Positions 22,562 through 32,800 of a stretch of 51,870 nucleotides of DNA are shown piece by piece. The notes beneath the pieces were generated by a model. It was not told the origin of the DNA and did no database searches. It worked only from the letters and a program-made list of their open reading frames with translations. The DNA is from Rhodospirillaceae bacterium TMED23 (GTDB taxonomy: Bacteria; Pseudomonadota; Alphaproteobacteria; Rhodospirillales; UBA2165): the NCBI GenBank assembly GCA_002168115.1, contig NHCC01000022.1, forward strand, positions 163,664 through 215,533, written 5' to 3'. Made by a program: the position numbers and the translations under genes. How positions within the stretch are numbered: position 1 is the first letter of the stretch; each line of letters opens with the position of its first letter.

Positions 22562-24964
22562 TTATCCCCTTAAAACACCGCCTGTTTGCTTGGAGACATT
22601 TGATATAATTTTTTTACAGGTATTTTCGATTTCGTCTTCTGTTAAGGTTGCCTCTTTAGGCTGAAATTTAACTGTTATACCTATAGATACATTCCCAGTC
22701 TCTAGAGTTTTCCCCTTAAAAATATCAAATACAGTAACATCGGCAATAAGTTGTCTGTCAGCAATAAATGCAGCTCTCACGACTTGGTCTGCTGTAATTG
22801 CTTCCTCTATTACAAATGCGAAGTCACGCTCCAGAGCTTGGAGGGTTGATATATTGATTGGTGGTCTCGCGTTCACAGCATTTTTTGGTATTGGAGCATT
22901 ATCTAGATAGATCTCGAATGCGACCATTGGAATACTTATATTCATAGCCTTTAGGACAGCTGGGTGAATATCACCAAAATACGCAATAATTTTCTGAGGC
23001 CCTAACTGGAAAGTACCAGATTTTCCTGGATGATACCAAGAAGCCGCTCCTTGCATAACTTGAGGACTAGCCACTGGGCCACCTATTTGATTAAGAACAG
23101 CCAAAACATCAGCCTTAACATCGAATACATCAACATCGCGTGCTGCCTCATTCCAAGTTCGCAACTTTGCTTGTTGGCTTCTAATTCCAGCAGCAACTAT
23201 ATTCTCATCATTTGGATTCTCGCCAGAGAACTGAGGCCCAATTTCAAATAGTGATGTATTGTTATAGCCTTTATCTGAGTTACGACCAATTGCATTAATT
23301 AAATTAGGTAAGATTGATGGACGCATAATATCAAGTTCTGAACTGATCGGATTTACTAGTTCAATATTCTTTGGGGAGCCACCAAACAAATCTGCATGCT
23401 CGGTACTTAAAAATGAGAAGGTTACCGCCTCTGTTAAGCCTCTATGTGCCAATGTTCTTCGCGTTCTTGAGCGACGGTCCTGTGTTAGGTTTATAGCTCC
23501 TTTTGGTAATGAACCTTCTCTTTCTAACGGTACTATTGGAATATTATCAAAGCCATTAATGCGAAGAACCTCCTCGACAAGATCAGCTTCTCCAGCAATA
23601 TCGTATCGCCAAGAGGGAGTAATTGTTTCCCAGCCACCATCTACTTTAGATACTTCAAAGCCGAGTTTTTCAAGTATTTCTTGAGTGCGATCTGGCGCAA
23701 CTTCGACACCGCCAAGCTTTTCGATGCGAGAGTTGGTTAAAAAATATTTTTTTCGCCAATCTGGTTCTTGGCCAACATTAATGATTTTACTGGCTTCACC
23801 ACCACAAATATCAAGTATCATCTGTGTTGCAATTTCAGTTGCATCGTTAAGGAAAGCTGGATCTACACCTCGTTCAAAACGAAAACGTGCATCTGATTGT
23901 AAATTTAATTTACGTCCGGTTGCGGCTGTTCTTACGGGATCAAAATAAGCTGTTTCCAACATGACGTTAATCGTTTTTTTAGAAACACCGGAGTTTTCGC
24001 CACCCATCACGCCTGCTAAAGCTTCGGCATTATGATCATCGGCAATCACTGTCATTTTGTCATCTAAATTATATTCTTTTCCGTCGAGCGCGAGTAATTT
24101 TTCCCCTGCTTGGGCCAATCGAATATTTATATTACCATTTATTTTGTCGGCATCAAAGACATGTAGAGGGCGACAGTGAGCAATAGTCATATAGTTGGTA
24201 ATATCTACCAACGCTGAAATTGGGCGGAGGCCTACTGCTGATATTTTGTCCTTAAGCCATTGGGGGCTCTCCCCATTTTTGACATTCCTAATGTATCTGC
24301 CAGTAAATATTGGACAGGCATCTTTATCAGCATCATTAAAATTAAGATTAACTTTAATTGGGGACTCAAAACCACCCTTAATATCTGGAATTTTTATAGG
24401 TTTTAAAATACCAACACCGGCGGCTGCAAGATCTCGAGCAATTCCATAAATGCCAAGGCAATCGCCACGGTTGGGTGTAATTGCAATATCTATAATTATG
24501 TCTGTTAGACCAAGCGCTTCTGCCGCAGAAGACCCTGTCTCAAGTTTATTAGGCACTTCTATTATACCTTCGTGATCATCGGATAAATTAACTTCACGCT
24601 CGGAGAGCATCATGCCATTAGAAGTTACTCCTCGGATTTTAGTGGTCTTAAGAGTTACATCGAGACCTGGAATATAGCTCCCATTACAAGCAAAAATTCC
24701 TTTCATATCTGATCTAGCATTTGGTGCTCCACATACTACTTCTAGAATTTCTATTCCGGTTTTCACTCTTAGCACCTTTAAACGATCTGCGTCTGGATGT
24801 GGTTTTGCATCTACGATATGGCCAACAACAAAATCTTTTACTAATTGAGTCTGGTCTTCGACTTTCTCAACTTCCAATCCCACCATTGTTAACCAATGCA
24901 AAATTTCATCTAAATTTTTATCAGTATCTATGTATTCTTTGAGCCAACTTAAACTAAATTTCAT
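22562..24964 (-). CDS. pheT: Phenylalanyl-tRNA synthetase beta subunit
   Basis: MKFSLSWLKEY, HPDADRL, VCGAPN, ITPNRGDCLG, RFERGVD and the FDX-ACB RDFAF motif. Confidence 0.98.
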   Translation of the reverse strand: MKFSLSWLKEYIDTDKNLDEILHWLTMVGLEVEKVEDQTQLVKDFVVGHIVDAKPHPDADRLKVLRVKTGIEILEVVCGAPNARSDMKGIFACNGSYIPGLDVTLKTTKIRGVTSNGMMLSEREVNLSDDHEGIIEVPNKLETGSSAAEALGLTDIIIDIAITPNRGDCLGIYGIARDLAAAGVGILKPIKIPDIKGGFESPIKVNLNFNDADKDACPIFTGRYIRNVKNGESPQWLKDKISAVGLRPISALVDITNYMTIAHCRPLHVFDADKINGNINIRLAQAGEKLLALDGKEYNLDDKMTVIADDHNAEALAGVMGGENSGVSKKTINVMLETAYFDPVRTAATGRKLNLQSDARFRFERGVDPAFLNDATEIATQMILDICGGEASKIINVGQEPDWRKKYFLTNSRIEKLGGVEVAPDRTQEILEKLGFEVSKVDGGWETITPSWRYDIAGEADLVEEVLRINGFDNIPIVPLEREGSLPKGAINLTQDRRSRTRRTLAHRGLTEAVTFSFLSTEHADLFGGSPKNIELVNPISSELDIMRPSILPNLINAIGRNSDKGYNNTSLFEIGPQFSGENPNDENIVAAGIRSQQAKLRTWNEAARDVDVFDVKADVLAVLNQIGGPVASPQVMQGAASWYHPGKSGTFQLGPQKIIAYFGDIHPAVLKAMNISIPMVAFEIYLDNAPIPKNAVNARPPINISTLQALERDFAFVIEEAITADQVVRAAFIADRQLIADVTVFDIFKGKTLETGNVSIGITVKFQPKEATLTEDEIENTCKKIISNVSKQTGGVLRG

Positions 24965-26040
24965 AAACTCGCTCTCCCAACCAATGAGGGTATATCAAAA
25001 GGTTGAAAACCATAATGCTTGAGCCAACGCATATCTGAGTCATAAAAAGTTCTTAAATCAGGAATGCCATATTTTAGCATGGCCATTCTTTCGACACCCA
25101 TACCGAATGCAAAGCCTTGAAATTTTTGTGAGTCAATGCCGCAATTTTCAAGTACTCGAGGATTAACCATACCTGAGCCTAAGATTTCTAACCAATCGTC
25201 GCCTTCTCCAATTTTCAGTATACCATTACCAAATGAACAACCAATATCAACTTCTGCTGAAGGTTCGGTAAAAGGGAAATAAGACGGTCGAAAACGTACA
25301 GGTAGATTTTCTATACCAAAGAAAGTTCGGCACATTTCTATTAAACATCCTTTAAGGTGTCCCATATGTGTAGTTTCATCTATTACTAGGCCCTCAATTT
25401 GATGGAACATGGGGGAATGAGTTGCATCATGATCACAGCGATAGGTGCGACCAGGTACTATGATTCGAATAGGAGGCTCATGTTTTTGCATTGTGCGGAT
25501 TTGCACAGGAGACGTATGCGTTCGGAGTACCATACGTTGCCCATCTTTTTCGGCATTAATATAAAACGTATCATGTTCTTGGCGAGCTGGGTGATCGATG
25601 GGAATATTAAGCGCAGTAAAGTTATACCAGTCTTCCTCAATATTTGGTCCTTCCGCTACAGAAAAACCCATTTCACCAAATATTGAGATTAGTTCGTCAG
25701 TAGTCTGACTAATTGGATGAATTGTTCCAAGTTCTTCGGGTCTGGTGGGTAGAGTTACATCTACCCTTTCTTTATGCAACCGCGCATTAAGACTGGTGGT
25801 TTCAAGTTCAACTTTTCTTATCTCGAGTAGATTTGTAATCTCTTGTTTTAAAATATTAAGGTTTTGGCCCATTGACTTGCGTTCTTCAGGCTTCATTTGC
25901 CCAAGGTTTTTCATAAGTGATGTGATCCGGCCCTTTTTTCCGAGAGCAGCAATACGCACTTCCTCTAAAACTTCTAAATTTTCCGCATCATTAATTAAGT
26001 TAGAGAATTCTGATTTTATGACAATTATGTTGTCTATCAT
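24961..26040 (-). CDS. pheS: Phenylalanyl-tRNA synthetase alpha subunit
   Basis: HPARQEHDTF, LRTHTSPVQ, FPFTEPS and GFAFGMGVER. Confidence 0.98.
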   Translation of the reverse strand: MIDNIIVIKSEFSNLINDAENLEVLEEVRIAALGKKGRITSLMKNLGQMKPEERKSMGQNLNILKQEITNLLEIRKVELETTSLNARLHKERVDVTLPTRPEELGTIHPISQTTDELISIFGEMGFSVAEGPNIEEDWYNFTALNIPIDHPARQEHDTFYINAEKDGQRMVLRTHTSPVQIRTMQKHEPPIRIIVPGRTYRCDHDATHSPMFHQIEGLVIDETTHMGHLKGCLIEMCRTFFGIENLPVRFRPSYFPFTEPSAEVDIGCSFGNGILKIGEGDDWLEILGSGMVNPRVLENCGIDSQKFQGFAFGMGVERMAMLKYGIPDLRTFYDSDMRWLKHYGFQPFDIPSLVGRASL

Positions 26041-26130
26041 TTAATCAACCTGAAAAATTTTCTATTAGCCTATAATACAAAAAAGTTGAAGTACCTAACA
26101 AGTCCCAAAATTCAAGCTATATTAATCATT

Positions 26131-26496
26131 TTAGGCGGCTTTTTTGAGTGCTGCCTGAGCCTGCTCTACTAAGCTTTTAAATGCCTCAGGTTCATTAATA
26201 GCTATATCTGATAATATTTTCCGGTCTAGATCAATGCCTGCTTCATTTAACCCATTCATGAATTGAGAATAATTGAGACCATGAAGACGTGCACCGGCGT
26301 TTATACGTTGTATCCATAATGAGCGAAAACTTCTTTTTTTTGTTCTACGATCGCGATAAGCGTACTGCAAACCTTTTTCTACACGTTGCTTTGCTATCCG
26401 AAAATTATTTTTTCCTCTACCTCTATAGCCCTTGGCCATTGCGAGTATTTTTTTGCGTCGTGTCCGACTTGCTACTTTTCCTTGCGCTCTTGACAT
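26131..26496 (-). CDS. rplT: 50S ribosomal protein L20
   Basis: [24 protein letters not shown] and [10 protein letters not shown]. Confidence 0.98.
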   Translation of the reverse strand: MSRAQGKVASRTRRKKILAMAKGYRGRGKNNFRIAKQRVEKGLQYAYRDRRTKKRSFRSLWIQRINAGARLHGLNYSQFMNGLNEAGIDLDRKILSDIAINEPEAFKSLVEQAQAALKKAA

Positions 26497-26498
26497 TT

Positions 26499-26705
26499 TT
26501 ATTTACCCCTATGGTAAGGCATGAACGATAATATTTTCTTTGCATCAGCATCAGCCATAATCATTGTCCCACGAGTGTTTCTTTTCATTTTTTGGGACCG
26601 TCTTCTGAGAAAATGTTGCTTGCACGCAGGATTGCCTCGAACTTTTCCAGATGCCGTTGTACTAAAGCGCTTTTTTGCACTTGATTTTGTCTTCAATTTT
26701 GGCAT
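26499..26705 (-). CDS. rpmI: 50S ribosomal protein L35
   Basis: [14 protein letters not shown]; directly upstream of rplT. Confidence 0.97.
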   Translation of the reverse strand: MPKLKTKSSAKKRFSTTASGKVRGNPACKQHFLRRRSQKMKRNTRGTMIMADADAKKILSFMPYHRGK

Positions 26706-26823
26706 TTCGTTTTCCTTATTTTTTACAACCTTCTATTAAAAAGAGGATTATTGAGTTTTAAAATTTTAATGGCTAGGTATGCCAAGAATTAACTATTCCA
26801 CCAGACCATTAAGAAAGTTCTGG

Positions 26824-26852
26824 TTTATAGCGACCTACATCAATAAAAGCAA
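26824..26852 (-). promoter_or_regulatory. sigma70 promoter for rpmI-rplT(-pheST)
   Basis: Minus strand cTTGCTT (26852-26847), 17-bp spacer, gcTATAAA (26829-26824). Confidence 0.6.
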
Positions 26853-26894
26853 GAGGCTCTGACTTGATTTGGCTTTATTGGAAATATAAATGCA

Positions 26895-26912
26895 TTGTCA
26901 TAAAAATTTCAT
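26895..26912 (+). promoter_or_regulatory. Candidate Pho box (PhoB site) upstream of gap-arsJ
   Basis: TTGTCAT-AAAA-ATTTCAT: two 7-bp direct repeats with an A/T 4-bp spacer, 15/18 to the consensus CTGTCATA(A/T)A(A/T)CTGTCA(C/T). Confidence 0.55.
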
Positions 26913-26949
26913 ATAATGTCTTACAGGGGTGTGATATACAAAAAAAATT

Positions 26950-27962
26950 ATGGCCGTGAAAATAGCGATAAATGGTTTTGGAAGAATGGGTCGGCTGGGT
27001 CTGAGGGCGGGCTGGGGGTTGGAAGAGTTACACTTTAGTCATGTTAATGATCCAGCAGGTAATGCCATTCAGGCTGCTCATCTTTTAGAGTTTGACACTG
27101 TACATGGGACCTGGAAGCGTGAAATTTCAGGTCGCGATGGATCTATAAGAGTTCAGGGTCATGATATTACCTATTCTATGGAGGAAAATATCTCAGGCCT
27201 TGATTGGGAAGCGTTAGGTATAGATATTGTTCTTGAATGTTCTGGAAAATATAAAACTCTCGATGATCTTCAAGGCCACATTGATAATGGCGCTAAGAAA
27301 GTTATAGTCTCTGCTCCTGTAAAGTCCCCAAAAGCGTTAAACATAGTGATGGGAGTAAATGATCATTTATATAATCCATCTATTCACGAAATTATTACCG
27401 CAGCCTCATGCACAACTAATTGTCTTGCACCAATAGTAAAAGTAATTATTGAAAATTATGAATTAAGGCATGGTATTATTACCACAATTCATGATGTAAC
27501 TAATACTCAGGTGATAGTAGATGGGTTTCATGAAGATTTAAGACGAGCGCGCTCAGGTATTAATTCACTGATATACCAACAACTACGGGATCTGCCTCAG
27601 CTATTACACAAATATATCCCAAATTAGAGGGAAAGTTAAGCGGAGTTGCAATTAGGGTTCCATTGCTGAATGCCTCTCTTATAGATTGTGTATTTGAATT
27701 AGAAAGAGCCACAACTTCAGGCGAACTCAATGGTTACTTTGAGAGTGCATCTCAAGGTCATTTGAAAAACATACTCGGATATGAGGATCGGCCACTTGTT
27801 TCCAGTGATTTTTTAAATGATCCCAGGTCATCAATTGTTGATGGTCCATCTACAATGATCGTTGATGGAACACAGGCCAAAGTCTTGGCTTGGTATGACA
27901 ACGAATGGGGTTATATGAATAGATTAATAGAATTGGCTCAGAAAGTTGCAATCGAATTCTAG
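26950..27962 (+). pseudogene. gap: ArsJ-associated glyceraldehyde-3-phosphate dehydrogenase, frameshifted by a 2-bp insertion at about 27574-27575
   Basis: INGFGRMGRL, AASCTTNCLAP and HDVTNTQ. Removing TA from ATATA (27571-27575) restores [39 protein letters not shown]..., which joins ORF 27663-27962 (WYDNEWGY). Confidence 0.88.
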
Positions 27963-29136
27963 TTCACTTAAAAATTATATATTAGTTACCGGAGCTTATT
28001 GGGTTTTTACCTTAAGTGATGGTGCTTTGAGAATGCTGGTTTTGTTGCATTTTTATACACTAGGATATAATGCTCTTCAGATTGCCTTATTATTTTTATT
28101 CTATGAGTTGGCTGGGATTATCACGAACCTAGTGGGTGGCTGGATAGGCTCTAGATTTGGCCTTAAATTAACCTTAATAGTTGGTTTATGTCTGCAGGTT
28201 TTTGCCTTGTCTGCTCTTGCTGGTTTTGATCCCAGTTGGCCAGTTTGGCAGGCTGTGAGTTTCGTGATGACAATGCAAGCATTGTCTGGTGTTGCAAAAG
28301 ACCTGACAAAAATGAGTTCTAAAAGTTTAGTTAAGTTGGTGGTTGCGGATGGGCAGCAGTCAAAATTATTTAAATGGGTTGCTATTTTAACGGGCTCAAA
28401 AAATGCCTTAAAGGGTTTGGGTTTTTTTCTTGGTGGCGGGCTATTATCTTGGGTTGGTTATACCTCGGCTCTTTATCTTATGGCTAGTTCAATCGCCGTT
28501 TCTCTTATTTTTGTTTTAATTACCGAGAATATGGGAAAAACAGCTAAAAAGATCAAATTTTCCGGTGTTTTCTCAAAAAAAGAAAGAATAAATATTCTGT
28601 CAGGGGCTCGATTTTTTCTTTTTGGGGCCAGAGATATTTGGTTTGTCGTTGGTTTACCTCTATTCTTGTCTATTAAATTAGATTGGGCACACTCAGAAAT
28701 TGGGTTTTATATGGCTTGCTGGATTATTGGATATGGTTCGATCCAATCATTAGCCCCAAAATTCGTTGAGGGTAATGCTGAAACATCTCGTATGTGGCTA
28801 ATTATTTTAATGATTATAACCTTGCTAATTACTCTAAGTCTCTATTGGGATTTTTACTCAGTTAATTTTGTCCTAGTTGGGTTGATATTTTTTGGTATTG
28901 CCTTTGCAGTTAATTCATCTATCCATTCCTATCTTATTCTTGATTATTCCGATAGGGACAAAATAGCAATGAATGTGGGTTTTTACTACATGTCTAACGC
29001 TGGAGGACGTTTTTTTGGGACGTTATTCTCAGGACTTTTGTTTCAACTTGGGGGTATTACATATTGCATGATTGGTAGTTTAATATTTCTCGCCTTATCG
29101 TATATTATTTCCTTGGCTCTAAATAAAAACATATAA
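27946..29136 (+). CDS. arsJ: Organoarsenical efflux MFS transporter ArsJ
   Basis: [60 protein letters not shown] and [12 protein letters not shown]; overlaps the gap stop codon. Confidence 0.9.
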   Translation: MQSNSSSLKNYILVTGAYWVFTLSDGALRMLVLLHFYTLGYNALQIALLFLFYELAGIITNLVGGWIGSRFGLKLTLIVGLCLQVFALSALAGFDPSWPVWQAVSFVMTMQALSGVAKDLTKMSSKSLVKLVVADGQQSKLFKWVAILTGSKNALKGLGFFLGGGLLSWVGYTSALYLMASSIAVSLIFVLITENMGKTAKKIKFSGVFSKKERINILSGARFFLFGARDIWFVVGLPLFLSIKLDWAHSEIGFYMACWIIGYGSIQSLAPKFVEGNAETSRMWLIILMIITLLITLSLYWDFYSVNFVLVGLIFFGIAFAVNSSIHSYLILDYSDRDKIAMNVGFYYMSNAGGRFFGTLFSGLLFQLGGITYCMIGSLIFLALSYIISLALNKNI

Positions 29137-29172
29137 AAATTTCAATGAAACTTTCAGTTTTTTTTTATAATA

Positions 29173-29709
29173 TTATTTTGGTGAGAAAACCATTGTCATT
29201 TGTCGGCCCTCCATCTTTGGAAATTGTTCCACTTTTGCAACTGTCTCCATGTCCTCGCGCACTCTATCCAGTACCTTGCCGCCTAATTCTTGGTGGGCCA
29301 TTTCTCTACCCCTAAAACGCAGTGTAACTTTTACCTTGTCGCCTTCTGCTATAAATTTATTCATGGCTCTTAACTTCACATGATAGTCATGGTCTTCTAT
29401 TCCGGGGCGTATTTTGATCTCTTTTACAACAATAACATTTTGTTTCTTCTTAGCTTCATTTTTTTTCTTTTGAGCCTCATACTTAAATTTACCGTAATCC
29501 AGAATTTTACACACGGGTGGTTCAGCATTTGGTGAGATTGCTACCAAATCTAATCCAGCTTCAAGGGCACGTTCTATAGCTTCTTCTTTGGATACAACTC
29601 CTGCCATTTCTCCATCAGCCAAAACTAGCCTGACATTTTCTGAGTCTATACCTTCGTTAATAGCCGGCCCCTCCTTAGAAGGGGTAGCTTTTTGTGGTGG
29701 GCGTGCGAT
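29173..29709 (-). CDS. infC: Translation initiation factor IF-3 (non-canonical ATC start)
   Basis: [15 protein letters not shown] and [12 protein letters not shown]. The frame stays open upstream to ATC at 29709, 9 nt after SD AAGGAG, giving (M)[20 protein letters not shown]. Confidence 0.95.
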   Translation of the reverse strand: MARPPQKATPSKEGPAINEGIDSENVRLVLADGEMAGVVSKEEAIERALEAGLDLVAISPNAEPPVCKILDYGKFKYEAQKKKNEAKKKQNVIVVKEIKIRPGIEDHDYHVKLRAMNKFIAEGDKVKVTLRFRGREMAHQELGGKVLDRVREDMETVAKVEQFPKMEGRQMTMVFSPK

Positions 29710-29840
29710 TCTTTTTTTCTCCTTTTAAATTTTACCAAATAACCAGGGATTTATAAACACAAGATTTATTAGAAATCCGCTTAGTGTTTGTGGCCCTTAT
29801 ACTCAAGCTCTTTATCACAAAGATTTGTTTTATAAACAAC

Positions 29841-31760
29841 TTAAATCTCTGATCGTGGAAATTCTGATTCCATCTTCAGTGTAGCAACTGCTGATGTTAG
29901 CGCAAGAATTTCTTGATCTTTTCCACCAAGTCTTCGCATGGCCACAGTTTCTTCCTCAGCTTCGCGTTGACCAAGTACTATAATAACAGGAACTTTTGCT
30001 GCCGAATGCTCTCGGATTTTATAATTTATTTTTTCGTTTCTGAAATCTGCTGAAACAGCTAGCCCCTGGTTTTTTAATTGCGATAAGACCGTCTCTGCGT
30101 ACGGTATTACTTCATCTGTAATTGTCGCTACAACGATTTGTAGTGGAGCTAACCAGAAAGGGAAGCGACCAGAATAATTTTCAATTAATATTCCAATAAA
30201 ACGTTCAAAAGAGCCTAATATAGCTCTGTGTAACATTACTGGTCTGTGTTTTTTTCCATCTTCTCCTATAAACACAGCATCTAATCGCTCAGGAAGAACA
30301 AAATCAACTTGAAGTGTACCACATTGCCAGTCTCTACCAATTGCATCTCGTAAAACAAATTCAAGTTTAGGCCCATAAAATGCGCCTTCTCCAGGATTTA
30401 AGTCATATTTAAATCCAGCGGCATCCACCGCGTCAGTAAGCGCTTGTTCAGCTTTGTCCCAAGTATCGTTACTTCCCGCCCGTTTTTCTGGTCTATCTGA
30501 AAACTTAATAATAATGTCCTCGAAGCCAAAATCTTTATAAACACTCATTAGTAGATCACAAAAATCTTTTGTCTCTTCGGTAATTTGATCTTCCGTACAA
30601 AAAATATGGGCGTCGTCTTGGGTAAATGCTCTTACGCGCATTAATCCATGAAGAGAGCCAGAAGGCTCATTTCTATGGCACGAACCAAACTCAGCCATTC
30701 TTATTGGAAGGTCCCTGTAACTTTTGGTACCTTGTCTAAAAATCTGAACGTGGCAAGGACAATTCATTGGTTTTATAGCCAATGATTTATCTTCTGTTTC
30801 GGTAACAAACATCGCTTCTCTAAATTTATCCCAATGTCCGGAGTCTTCCCAAAGTGATTTATTGACTAATTGAGGTGTGTTTACCTCATGATATCCGGCT
30901 GCCTCCAGCCTATTTCGAATGTAATCTTGCACTGTTCGGTAAAGTTTCCACCCTTTCGAGTGCCAAAAGGCCGCTCCTGGTGCTTCTTCCTGAATATGGA
31001 ATAGATCCATTTCTCGGCCTAAACGTCTATGATCTCTTTTTTCAGCTTCTTCAAGCATATTAAGATAATTCTTAAGCTGTTTTTTATCAGCCCAAGCAGT
31101 GCCGTAAATTCTTTGGAGCATTTCATTATTAGAGTCCCCCCGCCAATATGCACCAGCGAGTTTCATAAGTTTGAAATTTTTACCAAGTTTGCCGGTTGAT
31201 GGTAAATGAGGACCCCTACAGAGATCTGTCCATTCACCCTGCTTATAAATTGTAACGTCCTCGTTATTTGGAATAGCTTCGATAAGTTCCGCTTTGTATA
31301 TTTCACCCTTATTTTTAAAAAATTTAATAGCCTTATCGCGGTCCCAGACTTCACGAATAAATTTAAGATCGCGATCTACGATATCCATCATTTTTTTTTC
31401 AATAGTATCAAAATCATCGGTTGAGAATGGTTTTTCTCGAGCAAAATCATAGTAGAATCCATTTTGGATGGAGGGTCCTATCGTAACCTGTGTTTCGGGA
31501 AAAAGCTCCTGAACCGCCTGTGCCATTACGTGCGCTGCATCATGGCGCAGTAGGTCCAATGCATTATCGTCTTTTGCTGTTACAATTGATAAATTACAAT
31601 CTTTTTCAATAACAAAAGATAGATCTTTCATTAAACCATCAACTCTAATAGCCAATGCAGCCTTCGCAAGGCCTGGGCCGATGTCTTTAGCCACAAAATC
31701 CCCGGTAACAGGTTTATCATATTGCCTTATGTGCCCATCTGGGAGTGTTAAATTTATCAT
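29841..31760 (-). CDS. thrS: Threonyl-tRNA synthetase
   Basis: TGS domain, [30 protein letters not shown] and [11 protein letters not shown]. Confidence 0.98.
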   Translation of the reverse strand: MINLTLPDGHIRQYDKPVTGDFVAKDIGPGLAKAALAIRVDGLMKDLSFVIEKDCNLSIVTAKDDNALDLLRHDAAHVMAQAVQELFPETQVTIGPSIQNGFYYDFAREKPFSTDDFDTIEKKMMDIVDRDLKFIREVWDRDKAIKFFKNKGEIYKAELIEAIPNNEDVTIYKQGEWTDLCRGPHLPSTGKLGKNFKLMKLAGAYWRGDSNNEMLQRIYGTAWADKKQLKNYLNMLEEAEKRDHRRLGREMDLFHIQEEAPGAAFWHSKGWKLYRTVQDYIRNRLEAAGYHEVNTPQLVNKSLWEDSGHWDKFREAMFVTETEDKSLAIKPMNCPCHVQIFRQGTKSYRDLPIRMAEFGSCHRNEPSGSLHGLMRVRAFTQDDAHIFCTEDQITEETKDFCDLLMSVYKDFGFEDIIIKFSDRPEKRAGSNDTWDKAEQALTDAVDAAGFKYDLNPGEGAFYGPKLEFVLRDAIGRDWQCGTLQVDFVLPERLDAVFIGEDGKKHRPVMLHRAILGSFERFIGILIENYSGRFPFWLAPLQIVVATITDEVIPYAETVLSQLKNQGLAVSADFRNEKINYKIREHSAAKVPVIIVLGQREAEEETVAMRRLGGKDQEILALTSAVATLKMESEFPRSEI

Positions 31761-31817
31761 TTACTTTTTAATAAAAAACCTTGATTAACGTTGCTTATAG
31801 TTAATAATTAAACGCGG

Positions 31818-31845
31818 AATGTAGTCGGTTATAACATCGTGTCAA
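31818..31845 (-). promoter_or_regulatory. Candidate sigma70 promoter for thrS
   Basis: Minus strand cTTGACA (31845-31840), 16-bp spacer, cTACATT (31823-31818). Confidence 0.5.
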
Positions 31846-31861
31846 GTTAGTTCATTTGATA

Positions 31862-32800
31862 TTAAAACTCTAATAATTCTATAATCTCATTGGATGTTAT
31901 ATCTAGTAAATTGTTTTTTCTTACGATCGTAACATCTCTTCCACGTTGTCCACATAGTGCAGGGTCTGATGCGTTAGAAAAGATTACAATGGTCTTACAT
32001 CCGGATAACGCAGCGATATGCATGGGACCAGAGTCATTGCCAATGGCCATTAAAGATTTGTTAAATAAGCAATATAAATCCAATAAGTTAGTTTGACCAG
32101 CCAATGATATACAATTTGAAGTATTCATAGCCAAGTCATTCAACATCATTTTTTCTTCTAAACTACCAATTAGAACAGTTTGTATTTTATTCTGCCCAAT
32201 ATGATTTATGATTTTTTGAAAATTCTCGCGCGGCCAGCGTTTTTCTTTTCGATGCATTGAACCACTCGGTGCTATTATTATAAACTTTTTTTCTAAATTG
32301 AATTTACTGGTGCTAACTTTAATCCAAGAAAAATCCGCTTTATATGGTTTGTTAATACCAGCGAACAATAATTGTTCCCTCTGACGTTCAATAGTGTGCA
32401 TTAGATCTCGATTTATATTTTTGTGGGGGTGACTGCATCCTCTGGCAATTCCAGACCATTCAAGTTTATTTAGTTTTCTTTTTGATAATCTCATCAAATT
32501 AAAATAAAAACTAGTACGGTCCGAGGTTTGTAAATCATAAACGCGGGAAAAATTATTTTCTGCCAACCATTTTTTAATTTCTAGCCAGCCCTTAATTTCA
32601 AGCAAACCAGGTCTAGGATCTATCTTTATTTCATTAAACCATGGAGATTTTAGTGCAAAATCTCTATATGGAATTGTCGTTAGGAGAGTTATTTCCGATG
32701 TGCTATGGTGTTGTCTTATTGCCCCAAAGGGACCTGCAGCTTGCATAAAATCGCCAAGGGCGCCAAGTTTTATGACTAATATTCTATCCTTTAAACTCAC
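31862..32800 (-). CDS. Glycosyltransferase family 9 (heptosyltransferase-like)
   Basis: ILVIKLGALGDF, YDLQTS, KRWP and GNDSGPMHIAA. Confidence 0.88.
   Translation of the reverse strand: MSLKDRILVIKLGALGDFMQAAGPFGAIRQHHSTSEITLLTTIPYRDFALKSPWFNEIKIDPRPGLLEIKGWLEIKKWLAENNFSRVYDLQTSDRTSFYFNLMRLSKRKLNKLEWSGIARGCSHPHKNINRDLMHTIERQREQLLFAGINKPYKADFSWIKVSTSKFNLEKKFIIIAPSGSMHRKEKRWPRENFQKIINHIGQNKIQTVLIGSLEEKMMLNDLAMNTSNCISLAGQTNLLDLYCLFNKSLMAIGNDSGPMHIAALSGCKTIVIFSNASDPALCGQRGRDVTIVRKNNLLDITSNEIIELLEF

Noticed and set aside
26041-26130. pheM-type attenuator between rplT and pheS
   Set aside because: The short ORF right after rplT (MINIA*) has no Phe codons; there is only a weak TTGAA/TTCAA stem with a U-run.
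27663-27962. 99-aa ORF as an independent gene
   Set aside because: It is the C-terminal part of the frameshifted GAPDH.
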